Source: Armatimonadota bacterium (GTDB taxonomy: Bacteria; Armatimonadota; UBA5829; JAUSEB01). From it: a DNA stretch of 64,000 nt. Numbering within the stretch: the stretch's first letter is position 1; each line of letters opens with the position of its first letter. Shown here piece after piece: positions 9,228 through 18,999 of the stretch. The stretch is from the NCBI GenBank assembly GCA_030649165.1, contig JAUSGG010000162.1, positions 3-64,002 on the forward strand, read 5' to 3'. Made by a program: the position numbers and the translations under genes. The notes under the pieces were generated by a model. The model did not search any database, had not been told where the DNA came from, and was given only the letters and a program-made list of their open reading frames with translations.

Positions 9228-9761
9228 CTAATAATGACACACAAAGCACGATTGCGATGCCTTGTTCTGTCGATGGCACTTTATGCAAAAGTCCATCGTG
9301 AACACATTCGCCTGGCTGACCCTGTCCATTTCGCGCACGTTGCCGTGGCATCGACCGCAGTCGAATCCTCGTGCCAGATGCGGCTCATGGCTGAAGTGGA
9401 CGAAGTCGGGCACACGGTTAACCCGTTTCCAGGGAATGCCTTCGTCTCTGCTGTAGTACGTATGGATCTTCGCTATGGGTGGAAACCTCATGGCTATGAC
9501 ATTATGACACAACAGGCATTTTTCCACAGAGGGCATGCCCGCGTTCGATGAGTTCATCGCGAATTGATGGCAGAAGAAGCAGCCTATCTCCTTGTCTCCG
9601 GCGTGCACGCGATGGCTGAACGGGATCGGCTGCTCCGGACCGGGCTGGAGGGAGCGCAACCTTGCGGCGGCGACCACGGCGATCGTCAGGACCACAAGGA
9701 AGAGGACGAGCGTCGGCCTCCGAACCCAGGTATGAGGCATGAGGTATGAGGTATGAGTCAT
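9228..9761 (-). CDS. actA: Pentaheme cytochrome c, ACIII subunit A
   Basis: Five CxxCH motifs (CFFCH, CLLCH, CGRCH, CIKCH, CFVCH); PEQPIPFSH and PDFVHFSH; N-terminal TM. Confidence 0.88.
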   Translation of the reverse strand: MTHTSYLMPHTWVRRPTLVLFLVVLTIAVVAAARLRSLQPGPEQPIPFSHRVHAGDKEIGCFFCHQFAMNSSNAGMPSVEKCLLCHNVIAMRFPPIAKIHTYYSRDEGIPWKRVNRVPDFVHFSHEPHLARGFDCGRCHGNVREMDRVSQANVFTMDFCIKCHRQNKASQSCFVCHY

Positions 9762-10858
9762 ACCTGCTCCTCCGCTGGTTTCATCTCCGCAAGAGCCGCG
9801 TCCGCCGCGGAGACGGGGGAGTAGAGCTTGAAGAAACGGAGCGTCGTGTAGATGAAGAGAACAAACAGAAGTATGACCACGACGCTGTGTGGGTGGAAGA
9901 GCAACAGCTTGTCAGGCTGGAGCGAAGGCACGATCAGCACGTATCTTTCCAGCGCAAATCCGACCAGCGCCAACACGGCCACCGGCGCAAGCCAGCGCGG
10001 GTTCTGTTTGAGCCGGCGGCTCTGCAGGAACAAGAACGGGATTGCGTAGCCGAGGATGAAGGCGGTCCAGCCCAACCACGGCCAGGGTCCGCGGTAGTAT
10101 CGAAGCACGAGGAAGGGTGTCTCCTCGGGCAGGTTTCCGTACCAGATGGTCAGGTATTGCGCGAAGAACAGTCCCATATCGAAAAGCGAGAACGCCAGCA
10201 GCAGGTTGCCCATGTCGTGGAATTGCGAGGGTCCCAGGTGTTTCTCCGCTCCCAGCCCGCGGCGCAGCGCCGCGGCCAGGAGGATCATAACGGCCATTCC
10301 CGCATAGAGATTGGTGCAGAAGAAATAGGGCGCGAACATCGTGCTGACCCACTCCGGGTCCAGCGACATTATGAAGTCGTACGCGACTACTGAAGACACG
10401 ACGCAGTAAACCATGATCACGGCCACGGAGATGGCATTGAGCCGATGGTGATCGCGGTGAGTGATGGGCTCTCCTCTCGCGCTCTTTGCGTCGGCGTTCA
10501 GGCTCCAGCGAACCATCAGGAAGCACAGGGTCCACAGCGCGCCCAGGCAGACGATCTCGCGAATGACGAAAAACGGGACGTTCAGCCAGGCCTCTTTGCC
10601 CGGAACGGGATGGCCGGCCCACGGAGCGCAGCATCGCACGCCGACAAGAACAGGCAGCAGGACCAGGACGGAAAACGGCGTAAAATAGATCGCCGACTGC
10701 GCTATACGATTCACGCTCGCGGCCCAACGGGCTTGAGCGACCCTGAACACCGCGGCCCACGCGAGCATGGCGGTCGTGACGCCGGCAAACAGCACGAAGG
10801 CAATGAGAAACCAGGCCCAGGCAGAGGACTGAGGACAGAAGAATGACGACAGGGTCAC
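9758..10858 (-). CDS. actF: ACIII membrane subunit F (NrfD-like)
   Basis: DFIMSLDPEWVSTMF and QYLTIWYGNLPEE; GTG start overlaps the actD stop (GTGA at 10855-10858). Confidence 0.85.
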   Translation of the reverse strand: MTLSSFFCPQSSAWAWFLIAFVLFAGVTTAMLAWAAVFRVAQARWAASVNRIAQSAIYFTPFSVLVLLPVLVGVRCCAPWAGHPVPGKEAWLNVPFFVIREIVCLGALWTLCFLMVRWSLNADAKSARGEPITHRDHHRLNAISVAVIMVYCVVSSVVAYDFIMSLDPEWVSTMFAPYFFCTNLYAGMAVMILLAAALRRGLGAEKHLGPSQFHDMGNLLLAFSLFDMGLFFAQYLTIWYGNLPEETPFLVLRYYRGPWPWLGWTAFILGYAIPFLFLQSRRLKQNPRWLAPVAVLALVGFALERYVLIVPSLQPDKLLLFHPHSVVVILLFVLFIYTTLRFFKLYSPVSAADAALAEMKPAEEQV

Positions 10859-11370
10859 GCCTCCACCTCCTTCGTGTCTACTGCTCCCAAACCGCTCAGC
10901 ATTTCGGCCACTCTTGCTTTCTCTTTGCCTTTGCATAAAACGGCGATGCCGTAGCTGTCTCCGCTGAATCGGGGGTCGTAGTAGGCCGGCGGTTTGCGGG
11001 GGCCGAAGCGGGCGTACGCGAGGATTGCTATGAAGGCGGCGATGCCACCGAGGAGGATCGTGCCCTCGTAAGCCGGGATGACGTAAGGAATGTTCGAGAT
11101 CGGCGGCTTGCCGCCGACGATGATGGCATAGATCAGCGCGCTGAGAACGCACACGAGCCAGAAGGTCGCAAGTCCCACGAGAGCGCCGAACGTAGACCAA
11201 ATCCGCACGCCGCTGCCTTTTTTCGCCATGAGGTCCTCTATTCTGTCGAGATTTGTGGGGCCATAAGCCTCATAGCGGTAAACCCCGGACTCTTTCAGCG
11301 CTCGCAGAGCTTCTACGAAAGCGTGATAGTCCTCGAATCGCGCGACGACGCATGGGGTCTCTTCCGTCAT
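10855..11370 (-). CDS. actD: ACIII subunit D (DUF3341)
   Basis: IIVGGKP, IPAYEGTIL and YDPRFSGD; two TM helices; lies between actC and actF. Confidence 0.85.
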   Translation of the reverse strand: MTEETPCVVARFEDYHAFVEALRALKESGVYRYEAYGPTNLDRIEDLMAKKGSGVRIWSTFGALVGLATFWLVCVLSALIYAIIVGGKPPISNIPYVIPAYEGTILLGGIAAFIAILAYARFGPRKPPAYYDPRFSGDSYGIAVLCKGKEKARVAEMLSGLGAVDTKEVEA

Positions 11371-12695
11371 GCCTCGACCTCCTTGGGCAGAGCGTCATCC
11401 TTGGCCTCGCTCATCGGGACCGATGGGAAGAGCCTGACAAAGACCAGAAACAGGCCGGTGAAGAAGCCGTACGAGAAGCCCGTGACCAGAATCTCCACTG
11501 TTCTCGGCGCATAAACGGCCCAGGTGGAAGGCAGATAGTCGTGAGCGAGGGATACAACGATGATGACGAATCGCTCCAACCACATGCCAATCTGCACGAG
11601 GAGACAGGCGACGAAGAGGTATTTCAGATTGGTCCTGAGCTTCTTGAAGAAGAACGTGAACGGCACGACCACGTTGAAGGTGATCATCGCCCAGAAAAGC
11701 GGGCTGTAGTTCCACGAGCCCCAGGCGCGGAAGATGTTGAACTGCCGCTCGAACTTGTCCGCGCTGTACCAGCTCATGAAGCCCTCGACGCAGTACGCGT
11801 AGCCGATGATCGACGCTGTGAATATCATCAGCAGGGCCATTTGCTCGATCGCGTATCGGCTGAACAGACGCTCCAGGTTGAGGGCCTTCCGAAGCGGAAT
11901 GAGCAGGAGAATAACGGTGGCGAGCCCCGAGTGGATCGCGCCGGCGACGAAGTAGGGCGCAAAGATCGTCGTGTGCCAGCCGCGGACGACCGCCATGGCG
12001 AAGTCCCAGGAAACTACACTGTGCACGGAAATCACGAGCGGCGTCACCAGGGCCGCAAGGGCAAGATAGGCGCGGGCGTAGTGCCGCCATTGGTCGTACC
12101 TGCCGGTCCAACCCATCGCGAGAATCGTATACATCTTCTTCCGCCGGCCGTCCTGGGTCCGGTCTCTTGCGGTGGCGAGGTCCGGGACAAGCCCGAGATA
12201 GAAGAAGAGGGTGCTGATCGTGAAATATGTGCTGACCGCGATCACGTCCCAGACGAGCGGGGACTTGAAGTTCGGCCAGAGATGCCGCCAGTTGAAGTAG
12301 GGGAGTATCCAGTAGAAGACCCAGACCCGGCCGAGGTGGATGAGCGGGAACAGGCCGGCGGTCATTATCGCGAAAACGGTCATTGCCTCCGCCGCACGGT
12401 TGATGCGGTTTCTCCAGCTCGTGCGGAACAGGAAGAGTATCGCGGAGATGAGCGTGCCGGCGTGAGCGATTCCTATCCAGAAGACGAAGTTTGTGATATA
12501 GGTTGCCCAGCTTATCGGCACGGAAAGACCGGTGACGCCCATGCCGATGCGGTACTGGAATGAGTACGCGATGATCCCGACGACGACGAGCAGGGCGCAG
12601 ACGCCGACGGCGATCTTGTACCCCGGCGACCATTTGCCAAGCGAGGCCAGAACCTCATCGTCTATTCGGTTGAAGTTGTCAGTCTGCTGTGTCAT
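11367..12695 (-). CDS. actC: ACIII quinol-oxidising membrane subunit C (NrfD/PsrC family)
   Basis: ITNFVFWIGIAHAGTLISAIL, HLGR, PNFKSPLVWD, SVHSVVSWDFA and GMWLERFVI; start taken at MTQQ (12695). Confidence 0.92.
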   Translation of the reverse strand: MTQQTDNFNRIDDEVLASLGKWSPGYKIAVGVCALLVVVGIIAYSFQYRIGMGVTGLSVPISWATYITNFVFWIGIAHAGTLISAILFLFRTSWRNRINRAAEAMTVFAIMTAGLFPLIHLGRVWVFYWILPYFNWRHLWPNFKSPLVWDVIAVSTYFTISTLFFYLGLVPDLATARDRTQDGRRKKMYTILAMGWTGRYDQWRHYARAYLALAALVTPLVISVHSVVSWDFAMAVVRGWHTTIFAPYFVAGAIHSGLATVILLLIPLRKALNLERLFSRYAIEQMALLMIFTASIIGYAYCVEGFMSWYSADKFERQFNIFRAWGSWNYSPLFWAMITFNVVVPFTFFFKKLRTNLKYLFVACLLVQIGMWLERFVIIVVSLAHDYLPSTWAVYAPRTVEILVTGFSYGFFTGLFLVFVRLFPSVPMSEAKDDALPKEVEA

Positions 12696-12798
12696 GTTGA
12701 GTGTTGAGGGTTGAATGAAACCCCACCCCAACCCTCCCCTGAATGGGGAGGGAGCAGGTTCGCCTATCAATCTTACAAACCCTTAGAACCTTGGAACC

Positions 12799-15684
12799 CT
12801 AAGAACCCTCCACGATTTTCTTCAAATACAACACCGCCGTCTTTGTGTTGAGCTCCGCGAGGACCTGGTATGCGCGAGGGTCGTCTCTGAACGCTTTGGA
12901 AACCTGCGAGTCGGGGTCCATAAGGTCTCCAAATGCGAATACGCCGGTCGGGCAGGTTTGCGCGCAGGCGGGAACGATGTCGCCGTCTTTCAGTTTGCGG
13001 CCCTCGTGTTTGGCGACGATTTCAGCCTCGCGGATGCGCTGTATGCAAAACGTGCACTTCTCCATTACCCCGCGGCTGCGGACAGTCACGTCGGGGTTGA
13101 GTTGATAGTGCATCGGAGACGGCCATTCGTAGTCGAACCAATTGAACCGCCGCACCTTGTACGGGCAGTTGTTGGCGCAGTAGCGCGTGCCGACGCAGCG
13201 GTTGTAGATCTGCATGTTCACGCCCTCTTCGCTGTGCGCCGAGGCATACACCGGGCAGACCGGCTCGCAGGGCGCGGCGTCGCAATGCTGGCAGAGCATC
13301 GGCTGGAAGAGAATCGGGCTTTGCGACTTCCAGTCGACGTAGCGGTCGATGCGAATCCAGGACATCTCACGTTTGCGGTAAATGCCGTCCGGCCCCACTA
13401 CTCCAAGATTGTTTTCCGCGTAGCAGGCCGTGACGCACGCGCCGCAGCCGATGCATTTGTCGAGGTCGATGGCCATCGCCCAACGATGACCGGCGTGCTC
13501 GTGCCCGGGATAGAAGTCTTTCCACTTGTAGCCGGCCGGCAACGGGAGCGCGATCTCCTCTTCGCGTCTGAACGGTTTGTCCAGCGGCGTGGTCTGAACG
13601 ATATTCCTCCCGTTCTGACTGATGGCGCCCTTGATGCGCGTAAGCCATTTCGATTCGCCGGCCGGCGTTATCTCGACTGTCGGGCTTTCGGTATCGAGCA
13701 GCGGCAGAACGTTGGCGCCGATGCCCCTGGCGTAGCGCCCGTACTCCTCGTGTCCCTCGCCGATCGGGACGGCGACGGTGTCGGGCGCGACGCCGCTCGT
13801 GACGTACACTGGCACGCGGATGGCCGCGCCGCGGCGGGAGATGTCGATCAGGTCGTTGGTCTCCACGCCGAGCTTACTGGCCGTACGCGGATGAAGCTCC
13901 GCCCAAGTCCCCCAGACTCCGTGGATGATCGGATCGGGCATCTCCTGGAGCCAGCGCCGATTTGCGCCGCGGCCGTCGTAGAAGTAAATGTGCGGGTAGG
14001 CGTGGAGTTTTATGTCGCCCTTTCGTGGGGAAATGTCGGACAAGTCAGGCCTGTCGGACATGTCCGACGGAGCAGTAGGAGGCGGCGCCGGAACGGCGGA
14101 AGGTATTGGTTCGACCGACCATCCCATCGTCTGGTAACCGGTTGTGGGCGTAGCCGCTTCGCCGGAACCGGGCCAGCGCCCGCCGATCTGGACGTGGCTT
14201 TCCCACTCAGGGGAGCCGGCCCCCTGTGCTTCGCCGGGTGCAATTGCGATTCCCCACCTACGGCGGAGGTAATCGTAGAAGGTTTCGGCATGGAACACGG
14301 AACGAGGCTCGACGCCCGACGCCTTTGCCAATTCGATAAGTATGTCGCCGGTCTGTTTTGTGTCGAAAAGCTGTCCCATCACAGGCTGCATCAGGTTGAT
14401 GGTGTCCGGGTAGGGCGAGTAATCCCCCCACGTTTCGAGCGGAGCGCTTGAAGGCAGGACCCAGTGCGCCTGCGCCGTGGTTTCGTCCATGTAGCTCGAC
14501 AGGCTGACAACGGTCTTCACATGTTTCAGAGCTTCTTTGAATCCGGCGGACTGGGGAAGCGAGTAGACTGGATTTGCGCCGAAGACAACCAGAGCGTCGA
14601 TCTTGCCGGCTTCCATATCGGCGGTGAGGGCTGTCATCTCGCTTCGGCTTGAAATGTGCGTGACCGCATGCGGCCTGCCCGGGTCAGCAAGGCCGGTCGG
14701 CGAACGCCACTTGGCTTCGCTCGATGTTTCCGGCGCATTCAGGGCCATCGAGGCGCGAGCAGTTTCAGCGGAGCCGCCCGGAAGCGCCAGCGGAGCCTTC
14801 GCGTGTATGAACTCGTTCGACACTCGCGACAGACTTCTCTTGTCCAGGCCGTACTTGTGCGCCACCGGAGTCAGCGGGTCGTACGCAACGCCCAGCCATT
14901 TTGGAGAAAACGCTTCAGCTACTTGCGCTTCCGCCCCCGGCGGGACAATAATCCGCTCGTCGGCGTTCGCGGCGGTCATGGACATTCGTGGCCCGACATA
15001 AACAAACCTGGCGCGTTTGCCGTTCTTTATCTGCCGCATCTCGGCAAACCGGCGGGCGTATTCCACCGGCGAAATCCAGGTCTCCAGAAAATCCGCGCCG
15101 AAGGAGATCAGATGGTCCGCCGCCGCGATGTTGAACGACGGCACAACTCCGCCCGCCGCCGTCTTTATGTTTTCATAGTCGATCGGCTCGTACGTGACGA
15201 GGCGATCGGAACCGAGTGCGGCAAGCCATTCGCGCGTCAACGAGGCGAGTGAGCCGGTCTGCAGGTCAGTGACGAAGGCGATACGCTTGCCTTTCAATTC
15301 CGCGCCGACGGCGGAGACGGCTTCGTCCCATTTCGCTGCTGTGAATTCGCCGGAACTATCTCGGCGAAGCGGCCCTTTGATGCGGTCCGGGTCGTAAAGC
15401 CCGTGAAGCGCGGCCTGGCCGCGGGCGCAAAGCCTCCCCCGGTTGACGGGATGATGCGGGTTTCCCTCGCACTTCACGACGCGGGACTCTCTACTCCGCA
15501 GGACCATGCCGCAGCCGGCGGGGCATTCGCGGCAGCTCGTTGCATACCACGTGGAAACGCCGGGCACAAGCTCGTCGGGTTGGTGTATGTAGGGGACCAG
15601 GCGGTCGTACCCGAGGGTCATCAGGCCAAATCCGCCGAATGACACTCCGATTCCCTGTAGAAAGCCTCGTCGCGAGATGCGCAC
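12799..15684 (-). CDS. actB: ACIII subunit B (molybdopterin-oxidoreductase-like domain plus 4Fe-4S dicluster domain)
   Basis: Tat signal SRRGFL; N-terminal CRECPAGC; Fe-S motifs CIGCGACVTAC, CQHCDAAPCEPVCP, CVGTRYCANNCP and EKCTFC. Confidence 0.9.
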   Translation of the reverse strand: MRISRRGFLQGIGVSFGGFGLMTLGYDRLVPYIHQPDELVPGVSTWYATSCRECPAGCGMVLRSRESRVVKCEGNPHHPVNRGRLCARGQAALHGLYDPDRIKGPLRRDSSGEFTAAKWDEAVSAVGAELKGKRIAFVTDLQTGSLASLTREWLAALGSDRLVTYEPIDYENIKTAAGGVVPSFNIAAADHLISFGADFLETWISPVEYARRFAEMRQIKNGKRARFVYVGPRMSMTAANADERIIVPPGAEAQVAEAFSPKWLGVAYDPLTPVAHKYGLDKRSLSRVSNEFIHAKAPLALPGGSAETARASMALNAPETSSEAKWRSPTGLADPGRPHAVTHISSRSEMTALTADMEAGKIDALVVFGANPVYSLPQSAGFKEALKHVKTVVSLSSYMDETTAQAHWVLPSSAPLETWGDYSPYPDTINLMQPVMGQLFDTKQTGDILIELAKASGVEPRSVFHAETFYDYLRRRWGIAIAPGEAQGAGSPEWESHVQIGGRWPGSGEAATPTTGYQTMGWSVEPIPSAVPAPPPTAPSDMSDRPDLSDISPRKGDIKLHAYPHIYFYDGRGANRRWLQEMPDPIIHGVWGTWAELHPRTASKLGVETNDLIDISRRGAAIRVPVYVTSGVAPDTVAVPIGEGHEEYGRYARGIGANVLPLLDTESPTVEITPAGESKWLTRIKGAISQNGRNIVQTTPLDKPFRREEEIALPLPAGYKWKDFYPGHEHAGHRWAMAIDLDKCIGCGACVTACYAENNLGVVGPDGIYRKREMSWIRIDRYVDWKSQSPILFQPMLCQHCDAAPCEPVCPVYASAHSEEGVNMQIYNRCVGTRYCANNCPYKVRRFNWFDYEWPSPMHYQLNPDVTVRSRGVMEKCTFCIQRIREAEIVAKHEGRKLKDGDIVPACAQTCPTGVFAFGDLMDPDSQVSKAFRDDPRAYQVLAELNTKTAVLYLKKIVEGS

Positions 15685-15792
15685 TACGATATGGTCTCCT
15701 CTTGCGGTTTCGGGAGCAAGACTCCTGAAACACCGGGATTACGGCTGTACGTCCGCTTGGCCGCCAATCCAGTATGTATTATATGTTTGCAG

Positions 15793-15821
15793 CGGATTTC
15801 CTACACACGGATTTCCTACAC
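15793..15821. promoter_or_regulatory. Tandem 14-bp direct repeat in the divergent actB / tauE-ccoI promoter region, candidate regulator site
   Basis: CGGATTTCCTACAC at 15793-15806 and 15808-15821, next to an AT-rich tract. Confidence 0.45.
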
Positions 15822-15857
15822 CTACCGCTGAGCATATTTTTGGGGTAAACTGGGCAG

Positions 15858-15895
15858 AAGGAGTCGAAAGAGTCGAAGGAGTCGAAAGAGTCGAG
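15858..15895 (+). repeat. 9-bp tandem repeat (GGAGTCGAA family)
   Basis: About four units; the same family occurs at 4986-5030 (reverse), 19648-19682, 40835-40853 and 63730-63783. Confidence 0.8.
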
Positions 15896-15952
15896 GACAA
15901 GAACTCCCTCTCCCTTGAGGGAGAGGGTTGGGGTGAGGGTGAAAGTTTGGGC

Positions 15953-16669
15953 ATGATCGCGAGCGTTTGGGGCGCATTTATTGTCGGTCTTGCGGCAGGA
16001 TTTGCCGCTACGCCGCATTGTTTGGGGATGTGCGGGGGATTTCCGCTGCAGCTTGCGAGGTCGTCACACCGGCGACTGGCGACGTTGAGGCAGGCGCTTT
16101 TTGTGATCGGCAAGACCTTCACGTACATGTTCCTGGGGGCGCTGGCCTCGGCGCTTGGGATCGTTTTGTTGAAAGACACCTCGCTCGCCGCCGCGGCGCT
16201 GCGCGCGGCGGGGGGGCTTATTACCGTCGTGTTCGGCCTTTCGATGGTCGGGGTGAGGATTCCGTCGATAGGGCCTTTGCGGCGCATATCGGATATGGGC
16301 GTGGTTCGCGGTTTGTTCGCGCCGGTACTGGCAAGTCCCGGCCCGGCCGCGGCGTTGACTCTTGGCCTGGGCGTCGGATTCCTGCCGTGCCCGCTTCCGC
16401 TGGCGATGCTCGCCGCCGCGGCCGCGTCGCACAACGTCACTTACGGAATGGCGCTGATGGCCGGGGTCGGGCTAGGCACGGCCCCCGGACTTCTCGCCGT
16501 TGGGCTTTTCGGCGTGGGCCTCGACCGCAGATTTGCGAGGTTTGGGATGAAGGCCGCGGGCTGTATTGTAATTATGATCGGTCTGCTCACTTTGGGCCGG
16601 GTCGTAGTGACAGCGGCACGACCGGCGGCGGAAGGTATTCCACCCTGCTGTTCACGTGCGGCGCCATGA
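15953..16669 (+). CDS. TauE/SafE (DsbD_2-like) membrane protein associated with cbb3 assembly
   Basis: HCLGMCGG and GFLPCP motifs; multiple TM helices; C-terminal CC; coupled to ccoI. Confidence 0.8.
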   Translation: MIASVWGAFIVGLAAGFAATPHCLGMCGGFPLQLARSSHRRLATLRQALFVIGKTFTYMFLGALASALGIVLLKDTSLAAAALRAAGGLITVVFGLSMVGVRIPSIGPLRRISDMGVVRGLFAPVLASPGPAAALTLGLGVGFLPCPLPLAMLAAAAASHNVTYGMALMAGVGLGTAPGLLAVGLFGVGLDRRFARFGMKAAGCIVIMIGLLTLGRVVVTAARPAAEGIPPCCSRAAP

Positions 16670-18738
16670 CTCAGAACTCAGAACTCAGAACTCAGAACTC
16701 CTGCTCCTACTGCGGACTTCCGTTCGCCGGCCGCGGGTACTCGCCCGGCGGCGAGCGCAGCTACTGCTGCCGCGGCTGCTATCTCGTGGAGCAGATAGCC
16801 GGCGCGCGGGGCGAGGAAGGGATTGCCGCGTGGATACTGATCCGGCTCGGCGTCGGCGCGTTCCTGGCGATGAACGTGATGATGATCGCCGTCGTCCTTT
16901 ACGCGCAATCGGCGGCGGAGATCGGCGCGTCGGCGGTGAACGGCCTGCGTTGGGCCATGCTCATCCTTTCGACTCCGGCGATGATCATCCTCGGCGGGCC
17001 ATTCGCAGTGGGGGCGATCAGGGATTTGAGGCGCCTCCGGCTGAGCGCTGATGCGCTCATCGTGACCGGGTCGCTGGCGGCTTTTCTCGTAAGCGCGGCC
17101 CACGTTGTCCGCGGCCCCGGCGAGGTGTACTTCGACACCGCGACAATGCTTTTGCTCATCGTCACGTTCGGCCGGCTTCTGGAGGCGGCGGCGCGGGTCA
17201 GGACCTCGCGGGCGATTCAGGAGATGATCGATCTGACGCCCGACACGGCGCGAGTGGCGCGTGACGGGCGCGAGGAGGAGATACCGTGCGATGAGGTCGT
17301 TCCGGGAGATATGATGGTCGTGAAACCCGGCGAGCGGATTCCGGTGGACGGACGTATTGTCTCGGGGCGCTGTCTGGTTGAGGAGTCCGCCTTCACCGGA
17401 GAGGCCCGGCCGCGCGCGTGTGGTCCAGGGGAGGAGGTTTTCGGCGGAAGCGTGAGCTGCGACGGCTTGTTGACTGTGGAGGCGACCGCGGCGAAGTCGG
17501 ACTCGCTCCTCGCGCGGATTCAGGACGCCGTGCGCCAGGCGCAGCGGAACCGGGCGCCGGTCGAGCTGCTGATGGAACGGGTGTCGTCGGTCTTCATACC
17601 GGTCGTGTGGGCTGCGTCGGCCGCCGCGTGGCTTTACTGGGGCGCGGCGCGCGGGGATATGGAAAAGGCCGGGCTGTCGGCGTTGGCTGTGCTCGTCGTG
17701 GCTTGCCCGTGCGCGCTCGGGATAGCGACCTCGGTTGCGGCCTGCCTGGCGATAGGGAAGGCCGCTCGGGCCGGCGTGTTGATCCGATCGGGCGAGATAC
17801 TGGAGCGGTTGCCGAAGATCAGGCAAGTCTTCTTCGACAAGACGGGAACTCTCACTGAAAACCGAATGTCGGTCTCGCGGATTAGCGCGGCGGGCGTCCC
17901 TGAGAACGAAGCCCTGGCGTGGGCGGCGTCGGTTGAGATGGGGAGCGGACACGTTATCGCGAACGCGATTGTCGAGGCGGCGCGCGCCCAGGGGATTCGC
18001 CTTGGCGATGTAAGCGAGCTTCGCGTATTTCCGGGTATGGGGGTGCAGGGTCTGGTGACTCTCGACGGCGATGCGAAGCTCGTAACCGCCGGCTCAGTCG
18101 GGCTGCTCGCCGAAGAGCATCGGATGCCGCAAATGCTGCTTTCGACGCCGGACGGGCTCACTACCGTGTACGCCGGCTGGGATGGTGAGGTCCGTGTCGC
18201 CATTTCGCTCGACGACAAAGTCCGCCCGGAGGCGCGCGCGGCAATCGAGGCGCTGCGGGCGGAGGGGATTCGGACCGCCGTCATTTCGGGCGACCGCGAG
18301 GGCCCGACCGTGCGGCTTGCAAGAGAGTTGGGTGTGGATGACGTTCTCTTCGAGCGGCGGCCTGACCAGAAAGCTGAAGCGGTCCGAAAGGCCCGGCAAG
18401 CGCTGGGCGGAGCGGCGATGGTGGGGGATGGGATAAACGACGCGCCCGCTCTCGGCGAAGCCGACGTGGGCATAGCGACCGGCGGAGGCGCCGACCTGGC
18501 GCGGCAGTCGAGCGACGTTACGCTGCTTGGAGATGATCTGTCGCGTATCCCGTGGGTGTTGGACCTGGCAAAGCTGACGTACGGGATAATCCGGCAAAAC
18601 CTGGCCTGGGCTTTCGGCTACAACTGCGCCGCAATCTGCCTTGCGTTTCTCGGTTACGTCCATCCGCTGATAGCGGCGGGGGCGATGGTGTTCAGCAGCT
18701 TGAGCGTTATTCTGAATTCGATGAGACTGGTGAGGTAG
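16666..18738 (+). CDS. ccoI: Copper-transporting P1B-type ATPase, CcoI/FixI-like
   Basis: CSYCG and CCRGC metal-binding N-terminus; TGE, CPC, DKTGT, GDGIND, YN and MxxSS motifs; ATGA overlap with the upstream gene. Confidence 0.87.
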   Translation: MTQNSELRTQNSCSYCGLPFAGRGYSPGGERSYCCRGCYLVEQIAGARGEEGIAAWILIRLGVGAFLAMNVMMIAVVLYAQSAAEIGASAVNGLRWAMLILSTPAMIILGGPFAVGAIRDLRRLRLSADALIVTGSLAAFLVSAAHVVRGPGEVYFDTATMLLLIVTFGRLLEAAARVRTSRAIQEMIDLTPDTARVARDGREEEIPCDEVVPGDMMVVKPGERIPVDGRIVSGRCLVEESAFTGEARPRACGPGEEVFGGSVSCDGLLTVEATAAKSDSLLARIQDAVRQAQRNRAPVELLMERVSSVFIPVVWAASAAAWLYWGAARGDMEKAGLSALAVLVVACPCALGIATSVAACLAIGKAARAGVLIRSGEILERLPKIRQVFFDKTGTLTENRMSVSRISAAGVPENEALAWAASVEMGSGHVIANAIVEAARAQGIRLGDVSELRVFPGMGVQGLVTLDGDAKLVTAGSVGLLAEEHRMPQMLLSTPDGLTTVYAGWDGEVRVAISLDDKVRPEARAAIEALRAEGIRTAVISGDREGPTVRLARELGVDDVLFERRPDQKAEAVRKARQALGGAAMVGDGINDAPALGEADVGIATGGGADLARQSSDVTLLGDDLSRIPWVLDLAKLTYGIIRQNLAWAFGYNCAAICLAFLGYVHPLIAAGAMVFSSLSVILNSMRLVR

Positions 18739-18999
18739 CCGTTTAACGAGGAAAACAGGAAAGAGCAAAGAGTCCCGCGATTGCAGACGGGCGCGTCCCA
18801 AGTACGTGGGGAGTTAATCACGAAAGCACGAAAGGACGAAAACACGGAATATTTGGGCGATTGATCTGATCTGTAATGCTGAGCCGCCTTTCCTCGTCGT
18901 TAAATCTTAAGGAGGAGGTTGGCCGGCGTGTGCATAAGTTAGGTTGAACTGTGCGCCGGACGGAGTTGTCCGGTTAAATAATGACAGGAGGTATGGTAT

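Noticed and set aside
10859-11200. N-terminal extension of the 480-aa ORF 9758-11200
   Set aside because: It overlaps actD out of frame; actF begins at the GTGA overlap (10858).
11253-14451. Long antisense ORFs (e.g. 11253-12563 and 12958-14451; also 2332-3396, 27168-28454, 49448-50770, 51572-52789)
   Set aside because: Shadow frames of well-supported genes in GC-rich DNA, with no motifs.
15967-16665. 923-aa version of the P-type ATPase ORF
   Set aside because: The extension overlaps the TauE-like gene in another frame, and the real start is the ATGA overlap at 16666.
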